Shown: positions 22,995 through 35,764 of the stretch, piece after piece
Layout of the letters: each line of letters starts with the position of its first letter
How positions within the stretch are numbered: the first letter of the stretch is position 1
NCBI GenBank assembly: GCA_964016885.1
Contig: OZ024744.1
Location: 99,014,001 to 99,078,000 of the forward strand
DNA from: Eledone cirrhosa
Lineage: Eukaryota
Length of the DNA stretch: 64,000 nucleotides
Direction of reading: 5' to 3'
Translations under genes and position numbers: made by a program
The notes under the pieces: generated by a model
Told to the model about the DNA's origin: nothing
What the model saw: only the letters and a program-made list of their open reading frames with translations
Databases searched by the model: none

Positions 22995-24845
22995 CCTAGT
23001 GTTGTAGCCACAATAAAATATAGCCAGCCTATACTATAAAGTGGTAGTGTTGGTGCCACAATAAAATGTAGCCAGCCTATACTATAAAGTGGTAGTGTTG
23101 GTGCCACAATAAAATGTAGCCGGCCTATACTATAAAGTGGTAGTGTTAGTGCCACAATAAAATGTAGCCAGCCTATACTATAAAGTGGTAGTGTTGGTGC
23201 CACAATAAAATGTAGCCAGCCTATACTATAAAGTGGTAGTGTTGGTGCCACAATAAAATGTAGCTGGCCTATACTATAAAGTGGTAGTGTTGGTGCCACA
23301 ATAAAATGTAGCCAGCCTATACTATAAAGTGGTAGTGTTGGTGCCACAATAAAATGTAGCCAGCCTATACTATAAAGTGGTAGTGTTGGTGCCACAATAA
23401 AATGTAGCCAGCCTATACTATAAAGTGGTAGTGTTGGTGCCACAATAAAATGTAGCCAGCCTATACTATAAAGTGGTAGTGTTGGTCCCACAATAAAATG
23501 TAGCCTGCCTATACTATAAAGTGGTAATGTTGGTGCCACAATAAAATGTAGCCAGCCTATACTATAAAGTGGTAGTGCTGGTGCCACAATAAAATGTAGC
23601 CTGCCTATACTATAAAGTGGTAGTGTTGGTCCCACAATAAAATGTAGCCTGCCTATACTATAAAGTGGTAGTGTTAGTGCCACAATAAAATGTAGCCAGC
23701 CTATACTATAAAGTGGTAGTGTTGGTGCCACAATAAAATGTAGCTGGCCTATACTATAAAGTGGTAGTGTTGGTGCCACAATAAAATGTAGCCTGCCTAT
23801 ACTATAAAGTGGTAGTGTTGGTGCCACAATAAAATGTAGCTGGCCTATACTATAAAGTGGTAATGTTGGTGCCACAATAAAATGTAGCCTGCCTATACTA
23901 TAAAGTGGGAGTGGTGGTGCCACAATAAAATGTAGCCAGCCTATACTATAAAGTGGTAGTGTTGGTGCCACAATAAAATGTAGCCTGCCTATACTATAAA
24001 GTGGTAATGTTGGTGCCACAATAAAATGTAGCCTGCCTATACTATAAAGTGGGAGTGGTGGTGCCACAATAAAATGTAGCCAGCCTATACTATAAAGTGG
24101 TAATGTTGGTGCCACAATAAAATGTAGCCTGCCTATACTATAAAGTGGGAGTGGTGGTGCCACAATAAAATGTAGCCAGCCTATACTATAAAGTGGTAAT
24201 GTTGGTGCCACAATAAAATGTAGCCTGCCTATACTATAAAGTGGTAGTGTTGGTGCCACAATAAAATGTAGCCTGCCTATACTATAAAGTGGTAGTGTTG
24301 GTGCCACAATAAAATGTAGCTGGCCTATACTATAAAGTGGTAGTGTTGGTGCCACAATAAAATGTAGCCAGCCTATACTATAAAGTGGTAGTGTTGGTGC
24401 CACAATAAAATGTAGCTGGCCTATACTATAAAGTGGTAGTGTTGGTGCCACAATAAAATGTAGCCAGCCTATACTATAAAGTGGTAGTGTTGGTGCCACA
24501 ATAAAATGTAGCCAGCCTATACTATAAAGTGGTAATGTTGGTGCCACAATAAAATGTAGCCAGCCTATACTATAAAGTGGTAATGTTGGTGCCACAATAA
24601 AATGTAGCCAGCCTATACTATAAAGTGGTAGTGCTGGTGCCACAATAAAATGTAGCCTGCCTATACTATAAAGTGGTAGTGTTGGTGCCACAATAAAATG
24701 TAGCCTGCCTATACTATAAAGTGGGAGTGGTGGTGCCACAATAAAATGTAGCCTGCCTATACTATAAAGTGGTAGTGTTGGTGCCACAATAAAATGTAGC
24801 CTGCCTATACTATAAAGTGGGAGTGGTGGTGCCACAATAAAATGC
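22995..24845. repeat. 48-bp satellite (second variant), about 38 copies, in DDOST intron 5
   Basis: Unit GTGGTAGTGTTGGTGCCACAATAAAATGTAGCCAGCCTATACTATAAA. Ends in a degenerate SINE tail (TTAGGAAGGATAGCCAGCTGT). Confidence 0.97.
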
Positions 24846-24956
24846 ATGCAGCACATGCTGTGGTGTGGATGACATTAGGAAGGATAGCCAGCTGTAAAAA
24901 TATATATATATAACTCTGACAAAAATTCCAACCTATTTTAGAGGTTTTTTAATAAA

Positions 24957-25057
24957 CTAGATGAGGGTGACATCTTCTCCCTGTTTATGTCACACACTCT
25001 CTCTCTGTCTCTAAACAAATAACGTTCCTTTTTTCTCTCTATTGCTAGACGCTCCTC

Positions 25058-25089
<32 letters not shown>

Positions 25090-25680
25090 GAAGGTGATGT
25101 CGTAACTTTCTGTCTATCTACCACATTCTGTCACCTCGAAAACACTTGTCATTCCTTGTTCTGTCTATGTACATATCTCTCACTACGCATTTCCCCTCTC
25201 TATATAAAGTGAGCATGACGGACGGACAGGTAGACAGTGCTGTTATTATAATATAGACTAGCAGAAAACCGCCCACCGGGTGGTTTTCTGCTAGTATATA
25301 TATATATATATATATTACACACACAGAAATGTATATATATTTCTGTGTGTGTATATATATATATATTACACACACACAGAAATGTATATATGTTTCTGTA
25401 GCACTCCTCAATTCCCCCCTCTCCCTCCCGCTTTCCCTTCTTGTAGTCTGTCTCTTTCTTTCACTCTCACTCTCTACGCATGCACAAAAAACTTTCGCAT
25501 GCGCACACGTGTTTTAGCGTCTATTCACTCTCTCTCTCTCTCCCGCTATACCCCTCTCGTAGTCTGTCTCTTTGACTCTCACTCTCTCTACGCGTGCGCA
25601 AAAAACATTCGCACGCGCGCACATGTTTCCACTGTCGGACAGACAGACAGAGAAATTGCTGGTTATATATTATAAGGAGA
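24957..25680 (-). mobile_element. Two abutting non-autonomous Helitron-like elements (24957-25257 and 25258-25680)
   Basis: Each begins TC and ends CTAG on the minus strand. The second has the terminal hairpin CTAGCAGAAAACCGCC...GGTGGTTTTCTGCTAG. Confidence 0.6.
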
Positions 25681-26119
25681 TTACATATATATCTCTGAAA
25701 TAACATCATAGTTTCAATTATAACTTTAAAACTGACATTTTAATCCTGTTAATGCCAAACCATCCTGGTTTTATGATACGCAGCCATCTATTTTAGAATG
25801 CTTATATCTACTTAAAAACATTTCAACATAATTTTATGTAAGAATCTTTATGTTACCAAAACCAGATTAATCATGAGAAAGTTTGTTTTATTACTAAAAT
25901 TTCTCCAAATTCTTGATTATATTCAAAATTATTTGAAAATCACAGGCAGAGTCTTTCATTAGAAATAACGGTAACAAAAGAGTTCATTTTAAATAATATA
26001 AAAGAGAGAAAAAAAAATGTATTGAAATCCTGAGAAATTACAAATCCCAGAAGAATTGCAATAATAATAGATATGTAAAAAAAAAAAAAGGAAAAAGAAA
26101 AAGAAAAAGATAAACGTAC

Positions 26120-26214
26120 CCAACTCCCTGGAACAAGAGAGGAGATGTGGTTTTCTTTCCCACAATCATTGGAGCATCCAGCAAATTACTTGCGTCAGCA
26201 ACTATGAGAGTATG
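26120..26214 (-). CDS. DDOST: DDOST coding exon 5 (95 nt)
   Basis: TTTAG|CAT...GG|GTACGT. Encodes [32 protein letters not shown]. Confidence 0.96.
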
Positions 26215-26819
26215 CTAAAGACACAAGAAAATAACTTCAAGTCAATAAATAACACATACTGAACTGTTGTATATTTACAAAAAAAAAAAAAATGGCATAC
26301 ATATAACTACTCACGGGTCTAGAATAAGCCCCCTCACTCTTATTAATTTTCCAAATTTTTTCCAACCCACTCGCTCTTATTTCACCCCCACCCCACCCCT
26401 GCTAATTAAATTTTATTTTAATCATGCAAATAAACTGTAGCTTATTTGTATGATTAGAATATTTGTTTCTACTTTAGGCACAAGGCCAGCAATTACCCAG
26501 TGCATTACTGGTACTTTATTTTATCGACCCCGTAAGGATGAAAGGCAAAGTCAACCTCGGCGGGATTTGAACTCAGATCGTAAAGGGACGTAACTATGCT
26601 GGAAAGCATGGCGTCCGACCCTCTACCGATACTGCCAATCCATAGAATATTAAAGCTTATATATTGCTACCATGTTGAATGCTTCGGTGCATTACATATT
26701 TGCAGTTTACTATTCAGTCCCATATTAAGGATTTTGAAAACAATGTTATCGTGCCACCAGCACTAGAGAGATTGTCTGACAGGACTTAAAGGTCATCTCT
26801 ACACTGTGACAGTTTTTAG

Positions 26820-27575
26820 ATTCTGAGTGACTGCTCTCCTTTTCCTAGACAGGTTTACCTTCACTACAGCTTACAGAGACTATATCTATCCTTATATAGT
26901 CAGAATTATTCTGAGTGATAGCTCTCCTTTTCCTAGACAGGTTTACCTTCACTACAGCTTACAGAGACTATATCTATCCTTATACAGTCAGAATTATTCT
27001 GAGTGATTATTCTGAGTGATAGCTCTCCTTGTCCTAGACAGGTTTACCTTCACTATAGCTTACAGAGTCTATATCTATCCTTATACAGTCAGAATTATTC
27101 CAAGTGATAGCTCTCCTTGTCCTAGACAGGTTTACCTTCACTACAGCTTACAGAGTCTATATCTATCCTTATACAGTCAGAATTATTCCAAGTGATAGCT
27201 CTCCTTGTCCTAGACAGGTTTACCTTCACTACAGCTTACAGAGTCTATATCTATCCTTATACAGTCAGAATTATTCCAAGTGATAGCTCTCCTTGTCCTA
27301 GACAGGTTTACCTTCACTACAGCTTACAGAGTCTATATCTATCCTTATACAGTCAGAATTATTCCAAGTGATAGCTCTCCTTGTCCTAGACAGGTTTACC
27401 TTCACTACAGCTTACAGAGACTATATCTATCCTTATACAGTCAGAATTATTCTGAGTGATTATTCCGAGTGATAGCTCTCCTTGTCCTAGACAGGTTTAC
27501 CTTCACTACAGCTTACAGAGACTATATCTATCCTTATACAGTCAGAATTATTCTGAGTGATAGCTCTCCTTGATG
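26820..27575. repeat. 88-bp tandem repeat, about 8 copies, in DDOST intron 4
   Basis: Unit GTGATAGCTCTCCTTGTCCTAGACAGGTTTACCTTCACTACAGCTTACAGAGTCTATATCTATCCTTATACAGTCAGAATTATTCCAA. Unit starts at 27104, 27192 and 27280. Confidence 0.95.
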
Positions 27576-27663
27576 GGTTGTCTTTACTGTGGCTTACAGG
27601 GACCATGTCCACACAATGATAACTATTATTTCTAATGTGAATCAATCAAGAAAGACAACATAC

Positions 27664-27767
27664 CTTTCCTCCATCAGAAACATCGTAGTTCAAATGGTCA
27701 ATGACTGCAGTCTTCTCTTCATCAAACTCAACACCACATTCAGTAGCAATTTCACGTAAAGGATCAC
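27664..27767 (-). CDS. DDOST: DDOST coding exon 4 (104 nt)
   Basis: TAG|GT...AAG|GTATGT. Encodes [35 protein letters not shown]. Confidence 0.97.
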
Positions 27768-27809
27768 CTACAAAATTACAGACAAAATAAAATAAATTAA
27801 ATATAAAGA

Positions 27810-28275
27810 AGACACTGTAAAGTAGTTGTGTAGGTGTCACAACAAAAAGCACCCAGTTCACACTGTAAAGTAGTTGTGTAGGTGTCATGACAAAAAGCAC
27901 CCACTCCACACTGTAAAGTGGTCATAGTGGAGACACAACAAAAAGCACCCAGTCCACACTGTAAAGTGGTCATAGTGGAGACACAACAAAAAGCACCCAG
28001 TCCACACTGTAAAGTGGTCATAGTGGAGACACAACAAAAAGCACCCACTCCACACTGTAAAGTGGTCATGTAGGAGTCATGACAAAAAGAACCCAACCCA
28101 CACTCTAAATGTGGTAGGCATTAGGAAGGGCATCCAGCCAAAGAAATTAGGCCAGAAACAGTTCTGAATAAGCAAGACATGGTCATCTGACCTGGCTTGT
28201 CTCATAATGGGGCAACTTGTCTAACCCATCCTAACGTGGAAAAATGGACATTAAATGGTGATGATGATGATCATC
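27810..28275 (+). repeat. Six 48-bp units followed by the SINE/RTE tail
   Basis: Same unit family as 19625-20830, followed by AGGAAGGGCATCCAGC...(ATG)n. Confidence 0.85.
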
Positions 28276-29024
28276 ATGATATATTGTTAATATGCTATTT
28301 TGTTATTTGATTAATATTTAATTTGTGTGTGAGATTCCTTAATGTTTTGTATTTCTATGCTGTATATCAAAAGTATGTTTCATATTCCTCTATTTCCCCT
28401 TGTATATCTTTCTAGGGTTTTGCATTCAACTTTGCACCACGCATCATAAGAGCAGCTTCAATTCATATCCAGCTGGCACCCAGTACACTCTGTAAAGTGG
28501 TTGGTGATAAGAAGGGCATCCAGTTGTAGAAAACTTGCCAAACAATGGTTCAAGAGAGCCCTTCAGTTGTGTCAAAAACATAACAACCTCCCTAATGTTG
28601 GCATCATGATAAAACAATATCATCTGGCACAAGCTGTAGAGAGTGGAAATGTATGTAAGTGAAATGTGGCACCAGGCCCACCTGGGAGTTCAGTACCTCT
28701 GAGTACTACTAACATGGTCTGTGATGACCTAACTTTTGCTAGCAGGGAGAATGGACATTAAATGATGATGATTATTCCACTCCCTTTTGTCATTAATAAC
28801 CACTGATATATTATTATTATAATTGTTTCTACTTTTGGCACAAGGCCAGCAATTATCCCAATGTATTACTGGTACTTTATTTTATCGACCCCGTAAGGAT
28901 GAAAGGGAAAGTTAACCTCAGCAGGATTTGAACTCAGACCATAAAGGACTGTAACTATGCTGCAAAGCTTGGTGTCTGACCCTCTACCGATACTGCCAAT
29001 ATTATTGTTTATAATAATAATAAT

Positions 29025-29217
29025 AATAATTGTTTCTACGTTTGGCACAAGGCCTGCAATTACCCAGTGCATTACTGGTACTTTATTTTATCGACCCCGT
29101 AAGGATGAAAGGCAAAGTGAACCTCGGCGGGATTTGAACTCAGAATTGCAGGGGCCGTAAGTCTATACGTCAAAGCATGGCGTCCGACCCTCTACCGATA
29201 CTGCCAATCCACCGCCC
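29025..29217 (-). mobile_element. Nin-domain tRNA SINE (representative minus-strand copy)
   Basis: Reverse complement of 44937-45130. Other copies at about 13203-13346, 26460-26642, 28815-29003, 31349-31538 and 40297-40395. Confidence 0.85.
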
Positions 29218-29418
29218 TAATATAATAATAATAATAATAATACCATTTTTGTTAATTCATTTTAAATTTTCATGTGGAAACCACTATTGTCTCAACTTTT
29301 GAAATAGCGATTTCAATTTTAGCAGGAACCTTTTAAAACGGGTGGTTTTGTTTTATAGAACAAGGGTTGATATTGAAAGGGGTTAAGCAAAATGAAATTA
29401 ATAAAATAATTTCCATAC

Positions 29419-29505
29419 CAATAGAAGAACTTGCTGCAACTAAAACATTGCCACCATTATCTATGAAATTTGTGATGGCAGCCACATCAATTGAGCCTCC
29501 AAATT
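29419..29505 (-). CDS. DDOST: DDOST coding exon 3 (87 nt)
   Basis: TACAG|AA...ATTG|GTATGG. Encodes EFGGSIDVAAITNFIDNGGNVLVAASSSI. Confidence 0.96.
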
Positions 29506-30297
29506 CTGTAAAAGAGAATTTTTATCAAAAATTAAAAGGATGAAAAAAATGTTCATGTTAATATATATAATTGAAATTTTAGTTATAACTGATAAATACT
29601 AACTAAAACTCTAATTCCAGTTCTGTATAAGAAAAATATGGCCATCTGATCTGGTTTGTCTCAAACAGGACAACTCGTCTAACCCATGCCAGCATGGCAA
29701 ATTGGACGTTAAATGCTGATGACGATGATGATGAATTCTGCAAGTACTGGAGTGACAAAATTCAATGTAACTTAGGTACTATTAACAGCAGGGTCTTCAA
29801 TTTCTCACAAAACCATAACCCTTAATCAAAACCAATATGAAAACTATTTGTTTTTAATAGTTCAGAATCTAAAAGTTGGAGTCATTGTATGAAAATTCAG
29901 ATATTTCAAGAGTCCTATAATTCGTAAGGACATTAAAATATGAATAAAACTAAAATATGTTCACTATATCTCTTAACATCCTGTAATAATTTATTAGAAA
30001 ATATCTAAAAAGAGGTTTGTTAATTCAAATGTTTATAGTATCTTTACTAATGGACATATTAATGTGAATATTACAGGATGTTACAAGTCAAAAGGAAGTT
30101 TAATATTTAATGTGATTCACTCATAATTATCAGAATTTTACAACGTCATAAAACAGTTATCCAGTTTTACTATAGTTGATACTTTAACACCGCAAAAAAG
30201 CTTCTTTATGAATGAGTTCAAAATATAAATAGTTCATTAACTTTTAATGTTCTTGGAAAGTAGAAAACAACACTTTAGCAGTACCACATTAAATATA

Positions 30298-30779
30298 CTA
30301 GCAGAAAAACCACCCGAATGGTGGTTTTCTGCTAGCATGTGTAGTGTGTATATTGATATTATACGCAGGTATATATACATGTAGATATAATACATCAAAT
30401 AAAATCGTAATTGGCAATATATAATACATAGAATTTGAACGAAGACTGCGTTACACTGTCTTATCTAATCAGTAACGTAATCCATGATACATTAAAAAAG
30501 ACGATATTATATATAAACTGCATTAAGAGAAAATTAGTGACAGAAAATTAGTATGTTTATTTAAGCGATCGCCACCGGAAGTGTTGACATTTGAAAATTT
30601 TAAAGAAGTGAATCTTTAAATAAATAAAATATATTTAATCAACAGCCACGAAATTTAGTAGATAAATTATGTAATATTCATTCATTATTTATTCAAAGTA
30701 ATCCAACTTATTTTACTAATGGGATAAAAAATTATAACTCGTACGCAGTCCCGTGCTCCGTACTTTATTATAGTTTAGA
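30298..30779 (-). mobile_element. Non-autonomous Helitron-like element
   Basis: Minus strand A|TCTAAACTATAATAAAG...TTCTGCTAG|T, with the same terminal hairpin family as 25258. Confidence 0.6.
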
Positions 30780-31943
30780 TAAGTCTTCACTATAATACAT
30801 CAAATTTTAAATATATATATAAGTCTTCACTATAATACATCAAATTTTAAATATATATATAAGTCTTTACTATAATACATCAAATTTTCACAACAATCTG
30901 TCCCTCAGTAAAGATACTATTGAACATTTGAATTAATCTTGTTTTAATATATTTTCTGCTAAATCATTACAAGATGAGAGATAATACTGCAAATTTTCAC
31001 AACAGTAAAAGTACTATAAACATTTGAATTAACAACACTTTTTAATATATTTTCAGCAAAAAGAGTCAAAAGGAAGTTTGTTGAAAGTCTTCAAAAACAA
31101 ACTAACACGATTATTGTAAAGTTTCCCTCACAGCAACATTAACTAACTAGAATGAAAGCTGTTATATGATGTCTGTATACATTTGCCACTGTAGGTAACA
31201 TCAGCTAATATAGTTATGATTCTAATATTTTGAATTTTCACAATACTTGTACAAAATAATTGTTTCTACTTTAGGCACAAGGCCAGCAATTACCCAGTGC
31301 ATTACTGGTACTTTATTTTATCGAATGAAATGAATACTTTTAAAAATATAATTGTTTCTACTTTAGGCACAAGGCCAGCAATTACACCAGTGCATTACTG
31401 GTACTTCATTTTATCTACCCCGTAAGGATGAAAGGCAAAGTCAACCTCGGCGGGATTTGAACTCAGATCGTAAAGGGACGTAACTATGCTGGAAAGCATG
31501 GCGTCCGACCCTCTACCGATACTGCCAATCCACCACCCAATACTTTTAAAAATATAATATTAGCTTAAAAGATTACACACCGGTATTTGTGAGTGTTACG
31601 TTCCTAGAGCACCCACAAAGAGTGAAAAAAACCACGAATATTGGAAACGGTCCATAAATATGATGATAAACATCAAAATATAACGTAAAATATAGGCTGG
31701 CAAATATTGTTATTATAATTTAGCATTAAAAACGTGAAAAATATATATTGCCACGAAAAAAAAAAAGCCATAATAAATTGCGGAAGACATTTACGATTCC
31801 GCGAATATGCGGTGGTTTCCAAGAACAATTATTAGTTAGGTTCTAAGGGAAATTCCGTGAATAGCTGGGACACACGAATGCCGAGGGAGCGGGGTGGGTT
31901 TACTGTATTAATAAATTTACCAAAAACAACAACCAAAACTTAC

Positions 31944-32054
31944 CTTCCACAGAAGGAGAAAAAATAATCAAGTTATCATACAGAAATTCTCCATATTTTG
32001 TTAATGCTAAACTTGAATCATCAGCAGTTTTAAATGTAATTTCAAAGTTGCGAT
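31944..32054 (-). CDS. DDOST: DDOST coding exon 2 (111 nt)
   Basis: TTCCAG|AT...GAAG|GTAAGT. Encodes [37 protein letters not shown], nearly identical to OST48. Confidence 0.97.
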
Positions 32055-33376
32055 CTGGAAAATGGAAAAAAAAAATACAATTTTATAATCAGGAAATTTG
32101 TGCAACAAAAAAGACGTAAACGGTTAAAAGATTATTTGTATGAACAATAAATATAAAAAGGAACACTTTCCACACTAGATAACTGTAATCAGGGCATTTC
32201 TTATGTGAAGACTTAAGACAAGTTTCATATCACATTCAGTACACTTTGTAAAGGCTGGAGAAAACCTAACAAAAATAAAGGGTCAGGAGGACGTATTAGT
32301 TATGTCGAAGACACATCTTCCCTAGTATTGGGGATCTACATAAACACACCCAGTACACTCTGTAAAGTAGTTGATGATAAGAAGGGCATCCAGTAAAAAA
32401 ACCCCCAAAAAACCCCTCCCAAACACATGGTCGGAAGGACTGTTCAACGGTTTCAAAGACAACAACCTCTCCCTAGTGGCATGATGATAAAATGCCAGGG
32501 AAAAATGACATTAAAAGATGATACTTATTATGCTCTGAGTTAGCAGCATTAACAAAACATGCTGAAAGACTGACATCTATATATCGAAATGAGACCCCAC
32601 CCCCCACCACGACCACCATAAACACACAAAAAAACAGCAGATTTTGCGGCCCCCTACAAAATAATTTGCATATCATAGGAGGTTTGTTGGGTATTTAAAC
32701 CCTTTATCATTTACATTACTCTATATTTACTATTATATTTTCAACGGAAAAGGCTTTACCTTACATAATATTGAATCTAGAAGGGGCCCTGACATGAATA
32801 TATTGTAGATGAGTGAGTTTACCTCATGGAGAGCAGAGTATGTGATCAAACCAATGTAAGTACATTTTTATTAGAAGATATGAAAGGGAATTGATCTGGC
32901 AATATCTATTAATTTTGGAGTTTGGTACAGAATCCAATGCTTGAATATGAAGGATTTGGTGATGGCAAAAATTGTCATATATTTCCTCCAAATAGTGCAA
33001 GTCTATCACTTTCATTGGACATGTACAAAGGGAGGTATGGATGGGTGCTTAGAAGACATAGGCTTTTGTGGCCAGATACATCTCTGACTTAGATCAGAAC
33101 TACTTAAAAGATGACAGAATGCAGTGCATGCATGGTTAATGTGGACATCTACCTAGTTTTTTTATGTTGGCCTGTGTGGCAGTAAATGTGGTGCCAAGAT
33201 ACTTAAATTGATCAACTTCTTCCAGAATCTCTCCCCATTAAATATGACAGGGTTCCTTTCAGATACCTTCACACCAACAATGTGTAAAGTGAGGTGTTCA
33301 ATAGCTAACATACTTATCACCAACTATAGCAAGGTCAGTGACATTGATGGTAAACTCTGCAATCCAGTTGATGACA

Positions 33377-33730
33377 TACTCTCGGGTCCCAAATAATAGG
33401 GGGGAGGGAGGGAGGAGGGTTTTGAATAAGTAGTATGGTTCGGAAAAATAGGTAATTTTTCTAGGTTGTCTCCATTGATTTTTTTTTAAAAACCAGAATT
33501 AGATGTTTAGTTTACATATTGAGACCCCCCCCCCCTACCCATCCTATTTATTTTATAACATATGGGATTTCTAGTAATGTACTTTCTTTTGTCATGTATA
33601 ATGTTTTTAATGACTAAATAAAATTTTGCAAAAGATAGATTGTAAAATTTAAGGGTGGGAGGTGGGGAAATCTGAAAAATTAATAAGCAGGGGTGGGGGG
33701 TGGGGAGACAATTATTCGAGACCCAAGGAT
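33377..33730. mobile_element. MITE with TACTCTCGGGTC(C/T)CAAATAAT termini
   Basis: Imperfect TIRs. A homologous copy lies at about 45189-45548 and a fragment at about 26309-26410. Confidence 0.6.
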
Positions 33731-35202
33731 AATTAAAAAGTATTGGAGATAGAACACAGCCAGACACCTGAATGGATTTTGAAGATGAATTGTCTTCTAT
33801 ATTACAGTCTCAGATTGATAGTGAAATTTGATAGACAGAAACTGTGTGGAAGCCCATCACACACACATATATATATATATATCATATTTTTTTTTGTTTT
33901 TATTGATTTCAGTCATTAGACTCCGACCATGCTTGGACATGGTACCAATTTAGTTGATCATATCAACTTCAGTACTTATTTCAAGTCTGGTACTTGTTTT
34001 ATCTGTTTTTTTTTTGCTGAACTCCTATATTATAGGACATAAACATAAGTACAAACACAAACATACACAGCCAGTAGGTACCTCTTAATCAAATATACAC
34101 CCCCCTCCTACAACCCCAACTCCCCCTTTCGATGAAAAGTTATGTTGGTACCACAACAGCCAGTCCTAAATAAATGAGGTCGTGTAGGTGTCACGACAAA
34201 AAAACACACAGTCCACGCTGTAATGTGGCCGTGTAGGTAACACGGTAAAAACCTCCCAGTCCACACTGTGAACGTGGTTGGTGTTAGGAAGGGCATCCAG
34301 CCGTAGAAAACCCGCCAGACAGTCCCATACGAGCGAGACGACCAATCTTGCCTCACGTGGGACAATTCCCGTCTAAACCCATGCAAGCGTGGAAGATGGA
34401 CGTTAAACGATGATGATGATGATACATATATATATATATATACACAGGGTGTCTCCCCAAAACGTACACACTTGAACATAAAAAGTGGGTATGTTTAGGA
34501 ACCCGTTATAATGCAAGTAGGTTTGAAATATCAAGGTAACAAGTCAGAAGGGAATTGTTACCTTAGTAATTTCAAGGTAACAACCAATTATTCTTGTCCT
34601 CTTCCCACTTTTAGCCTCCTACCTCACCTCTCCCACTTCCTTCCGACTTGTTGCCTTACTATTTCAAACCCACCTGCATTGTAATGGCTTCCTAAACATA
34701 CCTACTTTTCATTTATTCACATCATCATCATTTAACGTCCATCTTCCATGCTAGCATGGGTTAGACCGTTTTGTTCCATTTGAAGCGGGAATGGTCGGGA
34801 GACCATGTCTCGCTCGCACGGAAGCGTCTCTGGCAGGTTTTCTATGGCTAGATACCCTTCCTTACACCAACCACTTTCACAGTGTGGACTGGGAGCCTTT
34901 TTACCGTGTCTCCTACACGGCCACCTTACAGTGTGGACTGTTGTGTCATCGACAGTGGACGGAACGGGAGAGGGAGGGTGGGGGTGTACATCGAGTTAAG
35001 AGATGCCTACTGACTGCAGGTTTGTATGCAATGGCAGTCGGGTTTTCTGTACAACTGCATGGCACCAAAGGTCTCGATCCAATGTTATTGTCTTAGAGAG
35101 GTGTAGGTGGGCAAGGTCAGTTTTTATCACCCCGTCCCAGGTTTTTCTTGATCTACCCACTCCGCAGCTTCCATCAATTTATTCATATATATATATATGT
35201 GT

Positions 35203-35440
35203 GTGTTAAGTATTTCCATAGAAAAGGTAAAGGAAAGGAGAGTGCTCTATGTATTGTACAGAGCTATTTAATTACATAATAAACAACACAATATAATTAT
35301 TCCATTACCCAAGGTTTCACGAAACTAGACATAGATATTTCATCTGATGAGCGAGCTGGATGTTTCTGTTGGGTTCATCTGGTTTCTTGAAACCTTGGGT
35401 AATGGAATAATTATATTGTGTTGTTTATTATGTAATTAAA
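35203..35440. mobile_element. Fold-back Penelope-like (pLTR-type) mini-element in (TA)n carrying a hammerhead ribozyme
   Basis: About 60-bp inverted arms. The right arm completes a type I hammerhead. The family is shared with 6287-6468. Confidence 0.7.
35336..35409 (+). ncRNA. Type I hammerhead ribozyme motif with extended stem II
   Basis: Stem I TATTTCAT/ATGGAATA, CTGATGA (35344-35350), G:U-rich stem II GAGCTGGATG/CATCTGGTTT, GAAA (35389-35392), stem III CC/GG, cleavage triplet GUA (35399-35401). Confidence 0.72.
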
Positions 35441-35456
35441 TATATATATATATATT

Positions 35457-35764
35457 TCATTTCATTTTACGTCCACTTTTCCCTGCTTGAGGGGTGGGAC
35501 GGGAACTCTTTCTGGCTTGATTTCTACACCAACCTCATTTACAGTCAGTGCTGGGTGCTTTTTTGCCGTGGCACCTCCAGGACCACTTTGCAGTGGAATG
35601 ATAGGGACCCCAGTCCCTATCATCTCATTTCTACAGCTGAGTAAACTGGAGCAATGTGAAATAAAGTGTCTTGCTCAAGGAAACAACACGTCACCCGGTC
35701 TGAGAATTGAACTCACAACCTTTCGATTGCAAGGCCAATGCTCTAACCACTAAGCCATGTGTCT
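35457..35764 (-). mobile_element. CORE-type tRNA SINE
   Basis: Reverse complement of the 4387-4725 family. Confidence 0.85.

Noticed and set aside
22892-24856. 654-aa hydrophobic repeat ORF
   Set aside because: 48-bp satellite with no unique domain and no supporting gene structure.
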